From: Chiloscyllium plagiosum
Taxonomy: Eukaryota
DNA: 64,000 nucleotides
NCBI RefSeq assembly: GCF_004010195.1
Contig: NC_057718.1
Location: 73,779,931-73,843,930 of the forward strand
Direction of reading: 5' to 3'
The translations under genes were made by a program, and so were the position numbers. Shown one piece after another: positions 25,342 to 37,726 of this stretch. The notes under the pieces are model-generated. The model saw only the letters and a program-made list of their open reading frames with translations. It searched no databases and was not told where the DNA came from. The stretch's first letter is position 1. Each line of letters starts with the position of its first letter.

Positions 25342-28300
25342 ATTTTGGTTTTAAATCTGCCTTTGGTCAGACTGTTGTGCTATATTACAGAGCCTCTCTG
25401 TACAAAAAGGCTCACTGCATCTTGTTAAAAGCAGAGGACCAACCCCCCAAAATACAACCAAATCACCCAAAGAGTAGCACCTCTCCCTACAATCTGTTAA
25501 GTAGTGGGAGAAGGGGTTGGTAATCTGATTTTTTGTTTTTGCTTCAGCAAATTCTAGTGGTTAAGAGATCCCTGATGCTCACTTTGCAATCCACAAATAA
25601 CAATTTAATTATCTAACTCTTAATGAACAAATTAACTAAACTGTTAACAGACTGAACAATTCCCTTCTGATTGCTCTGAATAACATGATTCTGATAGCAT
25701 GCTATTTCAATAACTCCTACTTCTATAACAAAGAATTTACGCTCCATTACAGTTGGGTTAACATCTTCTCTAACTTCATTTTCTGACTGATCCTTCTATC
25801 AGGACTGTTTCCTCTGGATTCTTTTGTCCAGGAATTTAAATGGTGTACCATGTAAATGTTTGAGCTCTTATCTCCAAACTGATAACTCGCATTCTTCTCT
25901 GCCCCCCACCCCCGATTATATTTTTTTTCCCAAATGCCTCAATCTTTTATACCCTTGACCTATCAATATTTTTACAGTTGGATTGGTCCTAGGTTGACGA
26001 AACTCAGGTTTAAATTTAATGGGTTTTTGGTAGCTAAGGGTCTGATTTAAAAGCTGGTATCTTTGGTAGAAGTGCTGCTTTGCCTGCTAACAATATAGCC
26101 TCTTGATACAAACTTTTCAATTCAGGTGCTCTAAACACCTGAAAGCTCAACTTTGCATTTTAATCTCTAAGTTTAAAATAACTAAGTTGTCTTTCAATTC
26201 CACGCATCTTTCTATAACACAGCTCCCAATACCTACATCACCTGTGTTGATGGCAATTTTAAAGTTTCAAAATTTGCCACACTGATTTTTAAATTCTCCA
26301 AAATGCCTCCTCGCATTGTTCCAATCATAGTAATTGTGTTCTTTTTCAACAAATTAGCTAATGGTGCCACTAAAGTTTGGTACAGATTTCCTTTAGAATC
26401 CATCCACTCAGTCCTAAAATTGTAGCACTTTTTAAATGGTCTTGGAAATTCTCTGGCTTTTGTCTTTGAGTTTCTTGGTGTTATCCATCCATCTGTGTCC
26501 TAAGAATGTCGCTTTTGCCTTTACAAACTGTTTTTTGCCAAGTTTTATGACCAGTGTGGCTATCTATAGTCTGAGCTCTGCAAAATGCACCATCTGATCT
26601 TTCCACAAATGACAAAAGATCACTAAGTCATCTATGTAGATGTTGGAATTAGTAAATCCTGCAACAACAGTTCATACTACTTTGAAAAGTGGCTGGTGTG
26701 GTCTTTGTTTCAGAAGACATTACATTAAATTGATATGGCCCATTTGAGGTCACAAAAGCAGATTTTCTTTTGGTTTTGATTTCTCTGACAATGGTACTTG
26801 CCAGTAACCAGGAAATATTGGATTGTCCCACTAATTCCACACTAATCCTCTAGCTTTGGAGTTGGGTGTGAGTTAGATTTTTGTCACAGCATTTACATTC
26901 TGATAAACTATGCAGAATTGTTGAGTACCACCAGTTTTGGGGACCAACTTGACTGGTGAACTCAACTCGCTTGATTCATGTCTGTCCTCTTCCTGGAGCA
27001 TCACTTTCACTTCCTTCTGAACCTGCACTAATTAAGAGATTAAACCTGTTTATCAAAACAGCATTCCCTACATCGTCCTTGTGTGTGATTGCATTAGTTC
27101 TCTCCATTCTACTCCCACATAGGTCCTCATAGCACTGTAATAAATTTTTCAATTCAGTTTTCTGTTCCAGGGATCGATAACTCACTACCCTATCCCATTC
27201 CTTCAGGATTTTGTCATTGAATCAATTTATTCTGAGGCATGTTGATCTGGATTTGATTCCTCAGAGTGGCAGTAACTAATACCTGTTTTTTTCTGGTTTC
27301 CTTTCCTTTCCCTGTCATAATAATTCAGAATGTTCACATGGCATATGCTAGATAGGAAAAAAATTAATTGTATCTTTATCAGGTAATTCAGCTAGCTTAG
27401 CCCTTCGATCTGATAGGGATCACTAAACCTTGCTTTGAAGAGATCTCTTACTACTGGTAACAGCACCAATACTTTATCCCTACAGGCAAACATGAGTTTT
27501 GCATTTCTTATCTGCCTCTTGCTTCATTAGATACTGTGCCACCTTTCAAATGCTGTCTTGATAATTCACCTACTCTGTTTAATCTTTCCCTCACCTCAGA
27601 TACATAATCTGTCAGTGAAATCTGATTTTTGACCTATCAATCTTTCCTTAATTTAAAGGCTGTCTTACTATGTGTCCAAATATCAATTCAAGTGGTGTAA
27701 ACTGGGTCAATTCATTTGGAGCATCTCTTAATAACAATGAACATAAATGGGATACAATTTTCCCACTCATTGGGTAATCCTGGCAATAAGCCCTCAACTT
27801 TAAGGTCTATTGCCACCTTACCATTGCTTTGTGGGATTCAGGATGGTATGTACTTGATGTGAGGTGTGTAGTGCCTAAACTATCCATGACTTCCATAAAT
27901 AATTTGTCAGTAAAATTGGACCATAGGTCTGACTGAATCTCTGGATCCACAACGTCTGAAGAAAGTAGGCAATTCTTGTGCAACCTTTTTTGACTTGACA
28001 TTTCATATTGGAATTGCTTCCAGAAACATGGAAGACATTAGGGTTAGATACTGATTCCCACTCTTGGTTTTAGGGAGGGACCTATGCAATCAATCATTAC
28101 CCGTGTAAACAGTTCTTAGAATGCTGGAATTGGCATCAAAGGTGCTGGTTTCATCAATGCCTTTCCTACAATCTGAAATGTGACACGAATGGCAAAATTC
28201 AATCTCATTTCTATGTGATCCAATAACAATTGGTCAATAGAACTGCTTTTGTATCTTAGCCTGAATCTTCCTCATTCCTCGATGACCTCCTAATTTGTGT

Positions 28301-29837
28301 GCTACTCTCAATACTTGTCTGTATTCTACAGGCAACATAATGTGATGAACTTCTCCCCATTCCTCCTCTGCACTAATTTGCGAAGGTCTCCATTACTGCC
28401 TTAAAATTCCAGAATATATTCAGATATAATTCTATTATCATCTCATCTTTTTATTGTAACTCCATCAATCTGTCAGAACTAAACACCTCTGTCTGATTCT
28501 CTACCTGCTCAAAATTTTCCTTTACCATCTCACCAAACAGCAAACTGGAAACCAACTCCTTCATCTTTCTCTTTTTGTTTTACCTTCTTGTTTACCTGCT
28601 GTGGAATCTTGTGACCACACAGCCCCAGAAAAGTTCTAGGGTATTTTTCTTTTAACTCTTAAATTGCCTGGTTTTCTTTTGGCTTTTCCACTACAATGGA
28701 CATCACTCACACCTGTGATTCTACTATATCATTTCCAAAAATAATCTGTATTCCTGGAATAGCCAGTTTTTCTATTACTCCCATTATCACTTCCCCAATC
28801 TTAATTAGACTTCTCAGCCTTGTCTTACACAGGGGAAAATTACTCCTCTCTCCATTTATTCCACAGATTACCACTCTCAGGCAATATTTCAGAAGGAGTG
28901 CAAATCTTTTCATGTCTTACTATTACAAACTGACTAGCTCCCATATCTCCATTCTACCCGTGTAAATCGTAACCACACAGATGACAATTGGATGCTACCT
29001 TGCTATCCAACCCCTGAGTAGGCTTTGCACTCTCCTGCAGCTCCTCAACTTCTCAGGATTTCCTTCACTACCTTAACTGATTCCACTCTTTTAACCTCTT
29101 TTATCACATACTTTTTCCCAGTGTTTTTCTTAAACCACCAGCACTGTGACTGTGTCTCTCATCTTATTGTAGTCAAAACGCCTGGGGTCTTTCACCTCTT
29201 TTTCTACCCTTTTGCGTTTCTTTTATCACTTGTGGCAAATTGTGATCTACTTTTTGTTTTTCATTGAAGGATCTCCCTCTTTTCCAATTTCTATCCCTTT
29301 GGAATGAAATTGCTGTCAGAAGCTAGGTTTTGATTTATGCACTAATGCGTATTTATCTGCCATCTTTTCGGCTCTTGTGTTTTAACTTACTGTTCCTCAA
29401 CAGGAGTTCTTACCACTTCTGGAAGGGAGTTTTTAAATTCAGCCAGCAGAATAATAGCTCCAAGAGTCTTGTATATCTTTTCTATCTTTAACGCTCTCAT
29501 CCATCTATCACTTTACAATCCATAAGTAAAAAATTATTTATTAAATTCTAACCATGAACAAATTAACTAAATATTAACAGACCAAACAATTCCCCTCTAA
29601 CTACTATCAATTTCTGAATAACACAAGATTCTAATGATATGCTATGTGTGGCCGGCCGAGCCTCTCAAAATGGCTGACTTACGAAAAATCGGATAATAAA
29701 TAAAGCATGCTGGGTAATCGAGCCAAGCATCAGACAAAAGAGTCTGTGCTAAAAACATCTATCAAAGTTGCTCTGACTAATTCTTTCAAATTCGAAATAA
29801 GTCGAACCTGGTTCCTTTCTTATATTTTTGAACTGTT

Positions 29838-30145
29838 TAGACTAGATTACTTAGTGTGGAAACAGGCCCTTCGGCCCAACAAGTCCACACCGACCCTCCG
29901 AAGAGCAACCCACCCATACCCATTCCCCTACATTTACCCCTTCACCTAACACTACAGGCAATTTAGCATAGCCAGTTCACCTAACCTGCACATTTTTGGA
30001 CTGTTGGAGGAAACCGGAGCACCCGGAGGAAATCCATGCAGACACTGGGAAAATGTGCAAACTCCACACAGACAGTTGCCTGAGGTGGAAATTGAACCCC
30101 GGTCTCTGGCGCTGTGAGGTAGCAGTGCTAACCACCGTGCCGCCC
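29838..30145 (-). mobile_element. HE1-like V-SINE
   Basis: Full length; TSD actgtt. Confidence 0.9.
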
Positions 30146-31642
30146 ACTGTTGTTGATGTGCATCTCATTCTAATTGATAGGTACTCAAAATAGCCTTGTT
30201 TACTTACTCATATTCTTCTGACCCTTCCGCTAACAATGCTGCAAACACTGCACTACCTCTACCTACCAACTTTATTTAGATTAACATTACCCACAGTCAT
30301 CTGTAACGAATTTCTCAAAGGAAATGAAAAAGGCTTCTGCATCTTTTTCATCAAGTTTTGATAATGTGTGGACATAGTTGTACACCTGGCTGTTGGCTAT
30401 GAAGAGTTTGCTCATCATCACTTCTATCCTGTACTTGTACTTCTGACATTTGAAGACTTTTTGCTTCAAGTTCCAACTTCATTCTTTCCAACTTGAACAT
30501 TCTTTCTCTTTCTTTATCTTCTGCTACGGCCTTTCTCTCCTTTTTGTTTTTGTTCTGCCAGGGTGTTTCTTTCCTTTTCTCTGCTTTTAACCATAGTTCA
30601 AACTGTTTCAGTTCCCTTTCTCTTTTTCCCTTTGTTCTACAAAGCAATTCTTTCCGTTTCTTTATCTATAACTGAATCACCCAAAGGGGACGCCTTGCCC
30701 TATAATCTTAAAAAGGTGTGAGAGAAGGGATGTAATCCATTTTTTTAAGCAATGGTTAAGAAATTCCTGCCACACACTTTACAATCCACAAGTAAAACAT
30801 TATTTATCAAATTCTAACAGTGAACAAATTAACTAAACTATTAACAGACCAAACAATTCTCCTCTAACTACTAACAATTTCTGAATAACACAAGATTCTA
30901 ATGGTATGCTATTTGTGGCCAGCCGGGCCTCTTAAAATGGCTGACTTACGAAAAGTCGGATAATAAATAAAGCATGCTGGGTAATCGAGCCAAGCAACAG
31001 CCAAAAGTATCTGTGCTAAAAACACTGAAACACAAGTTACAGACCCAGACAGGCTGCAGCTGCAGACAGCACAATATACAATTGACCTAGCCCATTCCCA
31101 GGACAATAGGAAACATTGAGTTGTTTTCCAGAAAAAAGGGGCACCTCACATCCTTATCTGGGAATGCTCCCTGCCCTAACACCTTCAGGGATAGAGGCCC
31201 AAGGACCACCCCACCATCGACACATCAACGTCTGATTGGGCCTGATCAATCCATTGATAGGAATTGAAGACCTTTCAAAGACCTTGAAACCTTTTAGCTG
31301 TAAGAATCATTGCAAAACCATTCTCAGGATCTGTAACTTGAGACCAACAACTGTGAAGATGAGGTGACCCTGGGACCACCGGAAGAAGATGACCAGATAA
31401 TCATCGCCACATGGATCAAGGCCAAGATCTATGTGGTGGGTATATGATTATCCAGGGTAAGTTAAAGTACAAGATATTTAATTAGTTTATAGCATTAACT
31501 GTTAGTTGATAGTGTATTTGTTATTATAGTATTAATTGTGTTGAAATAGATAAAGATCATTCCTTATTACTGTTAAGAGTCAACTCGTAGTTCTTTGCTG
31601 AATATAAGGGTCATAACACACAGTGTGACAGGCACAACAAAT

Positions 31643-31662
31643 TGGCGACTCCGTAGGACTCG
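31643..31662 (+). promoter_or_regulatory. Primer binding site, tRNA-Arg(UCU)-like
   Basis: TGGCGACTCCGTAGGACTCG resembles the complement of the vertebrate tRNA-Arg-TCT 3' end (TGGCGACTCCGCCGGGACTCG, recalled). Confidence 0.7.
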
Positions 31663-34028
31663 ATAAGAAGTGACTTCATTGCCCCAAAACAGAACCCCAT
31701 GGAATCTAATATTCCCGAGAATTAGCCTGAATTATGAGGACGACGTTCTATGTGACAGCCAGGAATTCAAGTAAATCGTAGGGAACAATATGGTCTATGT
31801 TGGACTGTTCTTCAAAGGATGAAGCCAACAGGGGTTCACTTTTAATCAAGCAAAGTACTGTTTCTTTGTGTGTGTCTGAGTGGGGGGGAAAGATAGGTAA
31901 GGTAGCATACCATTAGAATCTTGTGTTATTCAGAAATTGTTAGTAGTCAAAAGTCGCTAGAGACTCGATGGGATTAGGACTGGAATGTAATGAAAGCTGT
32001 ATCCTCAGTTTGATCCACTCCCTATACCCCTTAGTTTAGTCGAGAATGGCAGAGAAAGGCACCAGAGTAGAGGATTATCTCATATGGGAAATTAAGCTAA
32101 GACAAAAAAAAGTGGCCCATACGGGCAGAATTTGCTGTAATGATGAAACGGGACCAGAATTCCTAAGACAAAAATATTGGGAGGATTTGAGAAAAATTCA
32201 AACAAAGTGGTCTTCCAAACTTGAAAAGGTTAGCGCAATAATATGCTGTCTGGGAGAATTGCCAGGAACTGAGCAGGAATTGAAAAAGATTTGTAAAGAA
32301 TTAGAGGATGCAAGGAAAGAAGTGACGGAGTTGCAATAGAAAAACATGACTCAAGACCAAAGAAATCAAGCTAACCTATTATCCATTGGACAATTCCAAA
32401 CCCAATGTGAGAAAGCACACCATAACACCCAGTGCGAAGTGCTAGCTAAAGAGGCCGCTGAGAACAAAGTAAACCAGTCAAAAAATAAATGTGCAGATCA
32501 ACAAACAGCAGTAAAGGTAATGTACCAATCAAATAAGGAAAAGAAACAGGCAGCTGCAGACCATACTAAGTACCTGCAGGAGACTGAGATGTTAAAATCC
32601 TAATTCTCAACTTTCAACAGAGTAATGTGCGCATATGGGGATGTTAGAAGTAAAGGACAGGAGATAGACTAGGATGAGCTCGGGGAAGACGCACAGCATT
32701 ATACCCCACCCTCCTTCAGTACCCCTGGGGACAGCCCCTGTTGCAACGAACATGATTACCAACGAGAGACAGATCGGAAACACCAATACCCCAGCGATAA
32801 CATACATCATCCCATTTACGGTGACACAGTTAGTGGAAATCACTAAAAAGATTCCAGGTTTTGAGCAATCTGAGCAGATCCATATGCATTCTTTGAGAGG
32901 GTCAGACGACGAAATGTTTTTCACCAAAAGGTGAGAGAGAGGAGTTAGTACTCATCGTAATGTGTTTCAACCAGGAGTACATTACTGAGTGGGTACATGG
33001 GTTTTCTCCAGGTGCTCCGGTTTCCTTCAACAGTCCAAAGATGTGTGATCCCAGTCCTCCTAAATGTAGGAGACAGAACCCTAGCCAATATGACAGAGGG
33101 AATCCTAACTGTAATTGGGTACAAGAAAGGAGATCCTGTAGATGGGTTAAACAAGTGTAGACAAAAGAAGGGAGAACATCTGACTGCCTTTGCCAGTCAT
33201 TTATGGGTGCACTTTTCAGGAGTCCACGGAGACTTAAAAGGGGTCAGTTATCTGAGGCTGACTTGGCTAAGTAGGCGAGGACTTTAGCTTCCCATGCCAC
33301 TGAAGAAAGCAGGAAGGCATGTGTGAGCTTCGATCCCACAGAGCCAAACCACAATAAGGCAAGAGTTCTGAGGAGAATGTCCTGGGTATGGAAGAAAGAA
33401 GTCCATGAACTAAACAAAAATAAAACAGATAAAGGCGGGAAAATATTTCTTTTCTGAACTTTCAGCCCGGGTCTGGTGTGGAGGATTGAAGACAGAGGTG
33501 GATCTCTTACCAAAGGAACCCAGTTCCACCTTACACAGCCACGGGGAGAAACAGAGGGGCACAGCAGGGATATACATGGCAGCCAGTATGGTGCTACCAC
33601 TGTGGGTACACAGGACACTATGCGTGAGAACGTAGAGCCCATGCACGGCCGCACTCACAGCCACAGGACCACCAGATATAGCAGGACCAAGGGATGATAA
33701 AGGGAGTCACCGACTCTCATTAAAGGCCCAATTCAGCAGGGTCTGGTCCATGCCATGGACACTCGCCAATCTATGTACTCCCCACTCCCAACCTAGGAGG
33801 TATCCACATGACACGATCAGGCTTCTGCCTCCCTAGTGTGGGTTTGCAACACGAAGTGGGATAGTGGAGGTAGACCACAATGCAAGGTAGGAGGGCACCC
33901 CGTAAAACTTCTTTGGGATACTGAAAGTTTCCACGCAACCTCAAAATTTAATGTTCGTTCTTGGTGGACCATTGGTCTATTGTTTTAAGAGGATTTACTT
34001 GTCATGTACAGGAGGAGTACATTACTGA

Positions 34029-34271
34029 GTGGGTACATGGGTTTTCTCCAGGTGCTCCGATTTCCTCCCACAGACCAAAGCTGTGCAGGTTAGTTGAATT
34101 GACCATGCTAAATTGCCTATCGTGTTCATGGATGTGTAGGTTAGGTGCATTAGTCAGGAGAAATGTAAAGTAACAGTGTAGGGGAATTGATCTGGGTGGG
34201 ATACTCTTTGGAGTGTCAGTGTGGACTTGTTGGATCAAAATGGCCTGTTTCCACACTGTAGGGATTCTATA
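34029..34271 (+). mobile_element. 5'-truncated HE1-like SINE in the ERV protease
   Basis: V-core and tail; TSD attactga (34021-34028 and 34272-34279). Confidence 0.85.
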
Positions 34272-34769
34272 ATTACTGAAACAATTTGAACTAGATGATA
34301 TTACATGCCAACACCCTGCTATATTAGTTGACCTTCCCCCGGCGCAGAACACATTCTTAGGGCTGTCTTTATGACTAGATGTAACCTTGCCATTGATCCA
34401 ATAAATTCTTGCATAGGGCACATATCTCCATTTAGCAATCCTCTTTCCATCATTCCAACAGGAAGTTAGGCTAATCAGAACAGCACAATAAGGGAGTTTT
34501 GGTTCAATTCCCTAACAATGACCAAGGATCCGGCTAAGGGAATTCAAGATGGCGGCAATCTAGGAGGGTTGCATTGCTGGGCTCCACGCCACAACATCAG
34601 CTGGACAGAGCTAGAACCCATCCCAACCAAGTCATTGTAAGCCACAAAACTATTAAAGAGCTATAGAACTAAAAAAAACTCATGTACCTTTGTTTCGGCT
34701 GCGAGAGGAGGGAGTTCTTCTGAGGCCAGGGCCGCAGCTCAATCCTCTGGGGCGGTGGGTTGCTTACTC

Positions 34770-35079
34770 TAAGTTAGATCCCCTACAGTATGGAAATAGG
34801 CCCTTCGGCCCAACAAGTCCCCACCGGCCCTCCGAAGAGCAACCCACCCAGACCCATTCCCTTAACCTAGGTTTTCCCCTGACTAACACACCTGGCACTA
34901 GCACGGCCAATTCATCTGACCTGCATATCTTTGGACTGTGGGAGGAAACCGAAGCAACTCCACACAGATACGGGGAGAATGTGCAAACTCCACACAGACA
35001 GTTGCCCAAGATGGGGCTTGAACCTGGGTCCCTGGTGCTGTGAGGCAGCAGTGCTAACCACTGAGCCACCGTGTCGCCC
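34770..35079 (-). mobile_element. HE1-like V-SINE in L1
   Basis: Head, V-core and tail on the minus strand. Confidence 0.88.
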
Positions 35080-35340
35080 CGAGCTCACCAGGCCTTGGTT
35101 GAGGAGCTTGCCAAATCTCGAAAGGTTCTAGGAAAACAGATCAAAGGATAAATCGAGGCCAAGCTGGCCCCGGTCTCTGCTATGCTGCAAAGCATGAACA
35201 GCACCTGGAAGACCTGGGGGAAAGGACTGCTGAGCTCGGATGCCGAGTTACAGGGGTAGAAGCTGAGGCTGATTCATCCAAGAGTCAGATTGAAGCCATG
35301 GAAATTCAGGCCTGTGGTTTGCTGGTTCTGGTGGATGATG

Positions 35341-35652
35341 GGGCGGCATGGTGGCTCAGTGGTTAGCACTGCTGCCTCACAGCACCAGGGTCCCAGGTTC
35401 GATTCCAGCTTCGGGTGACTGTCTGTGTGGAGTTTGCACATTCTCCCTGTGTCTGTGTGGGTTTCCTTCGGGTGCTCTGGTTTCCTCAAATGGTCCAAAT
35501 ATCTGCAGGTCAGGTGAATTGGCCATGCTAAATTGCCCATAGTGTTAGATGCATTATTCAGAGAGAAATGGGTCTGGGTGGGTTACTCTTTGGAGGATCG
35601 GTGTGGACTGGTTGGGCTGAAAGGCCTGTTTCCACACTGTATGGAATCTAAT
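35341..35652 (+). mobile_element. HE1-like V-SINE in L1 ORF1
   Basis: Starts gggcggcatggtggctcagtggttagc. Confidence 0.9.
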
Positions 35653-37606
35653 CTGGAAAACTGGGCAGAAGGAAGAAGCTCCGTGTTGTCATTCTGCCGG
35701 AGTGGACAGAAGGTGAGCAGCCATTGGAAATTTTTGAGAAGTGGTTGTTGGAATTCCTTAGCTTGGAGGCTGAAAAGGGAAGGATAAAGATTGAGAGAGC
35801 CTACTGGGTTGTGGCACAGAGGCCAGGAATGGACCAGCGCCCTTACCCTGTCCTGGTATGGTTCCATCATCATGAAGACAAACAGAGTCATGGAAGCTTC
35901 CAGAGCCCAGGCAAGGATCCGAGGGCATTGGTGTTTGAAGGCACCGGGGTCATATTCTTCCAAGACTTTTCAGTGGAGGTGATCCGGACAAGAAAATCCT
36001 TTGACAGCATCAAGAAGAGATTGAGAGAGCTTGGGATCTAGTATTCTCTAAGATACCTAGCTTAACTATAATGGATCTGTACACTTATTTGACTCGCCAG
36101 AGAAAGCCAAGAACACACACCTGACAATTGAATAGGTACAGATAACAATGTTGTTCCGGTCTGTCCTTCTTTAGAGAGGATTTGGTGGAGTCTCCTTTTT
36201 GTTGGTAATAAGTTGCATTAGATTATGCTTGGGATGGATAGAGTGTGTATCTTTAATTTCTAACTTAAGCTATACCAAGGGATGGGTGACATATTTACTT
36301 TTAACGTACTTGTGTATAGTATTAAACTTACTCTTTTTTTGCCACGTTATCTTGTATTGCCTGTGTTTGTGGCATTACCCAAGCTAGGAAGAGTTCAGAG
36401 GGTGGTTGTGATGGCTAGGAGGGTTTTGGGATATGTAGGTGCCCCCTTTGGATGGAGGGTAAATTCCTCTAATCAGTGCCTTTGGCACTTTTTTGCTTTT
36501 TCATTTTTGATGTACAATGTTTTTACAAGTTTTGTGTAGGTTTGTTGGTTGTAGCTGTTTTAGTTTGTAGTTTTTATGTTTTGTGTATTTGCTTTTACTG
36601 AAGTTCAGCAATTCATAATTCAAGTTTTTCCTCTCTGGAGTTTAAATGTTGATGTAGAATGTTTTGGCTAAGGAAGTGTTTAAGTGATGTACTTGGAACA
36701 TTAAGGGGAGCCACTTGCCGATCAAGAGGAGAAAGATACTCTCCAGTCTTAAAAAGGAAAGGGTGGATCTCACTTTGTTGCAAGAGACACACTTAGATGA
36801 TGCAGAACATTTGAAATTACAACTCGATTATAATCGAGTTTAGGAACTCATTGGGAAGCATCTCCCATTTAAGTTGTTAGGGTGTATTAAAGACACACAC
36901 GGGAGATTTGTAATCCTTAAAGCTTTGATAAATGGGGAAGAATACGGGATCATAAATGCTTACTGCCCCCGGCCCACCCCCTCAAGTTCCTGGTGGACAC
37001 ATTTTTAACTTGATTAGCCTCGCATCTCAGCATATTATAGCGGGCAATTTTAATTGTTTAACAGATCCTATGCTAGACCAATTGCCTAAAGGCTCCCTGA
37101 TATCTTCTTCATGATCTAAACAATCAAAGGATTTGTGTGTTGAACTAGAACTGGTAGATGTTTGAAGGCATGTTCACACTACAAGCAGAGATTTTACATT
37201 TTCTTCTAGTCCGCGCAAATGTCATACTAGGATTAATCTCTTTTTGACTCCTCCAGCGCATTTGGGCTTGATGGCGTCATGTACAATTGGCTACTATCTC
37301 TGATCATACTCCAGTGTACCTAATGGTCAAGAGTAAGGACACTATGGTAGTTTTGAGGCACTGGAGACTAAATCCCTTCATCCTTAGGGATAGCAAGTTT
37401 ACTGAATATCTTTCCACTGAATTCAGGGCTTCTTTAGACATTAAGTCAGATTCAGCCAGTAATCCATCCATTCTTTGGGAATCTGCTAAAGCCTATGCTA
37501 GATAGTCAGTTATTTCCTATTTTGCCAGTAAGAAGGGTGAGCAGCCACAATTGGTCAAAACATGGCTGAAGGCAGCCAAGAAGGCATACTTTGAGAGACC
37601 CTCGTT

Positions 37607-37726
37607 TGCATTGGATAGGTATATGGAGGATAGTGGGTTAGTATAGGTTAGGTGGGCTTGGATCGGCGCAACATCGAGGGCCAAAGGGCCTGTACTGCGC
37701 TGTATTCTTCTATGTTCTATGCTCTA
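37607..37726 (+). mobile_element. Short CR1 3' tail in L1 ORF2
   Basis: Nearly identical to 1276-1390. Confidence 0.85.

Larger units (their letters stand above)
17110..25360 (+). ncRNA. SNHG5: Non-coding snoRNA host gene (SNHG5/U50HG-like)
   Basis: TOP promoter and donor CAC|GTGAGT at 17129/17130. Candidate exons 17110-17129, 17233-17377, 17701-17860 (end uncertain), 22392-22466, 23079-23154, 23244-23281, 23526-23556 and a terminal exon from 25226 with AATAAA at 25336-25341. Two intronic U50-like snoRNAs, no long ORF. Exon set inferred from splice signals only; orthology inferred from snoRNA content. Confidence 0.75.

Noticed and set aside
29645..29755. A third ERV LTR or separate provirus
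   Set aside because: Explained as part of the templated copy of the 30777-31022 junction.
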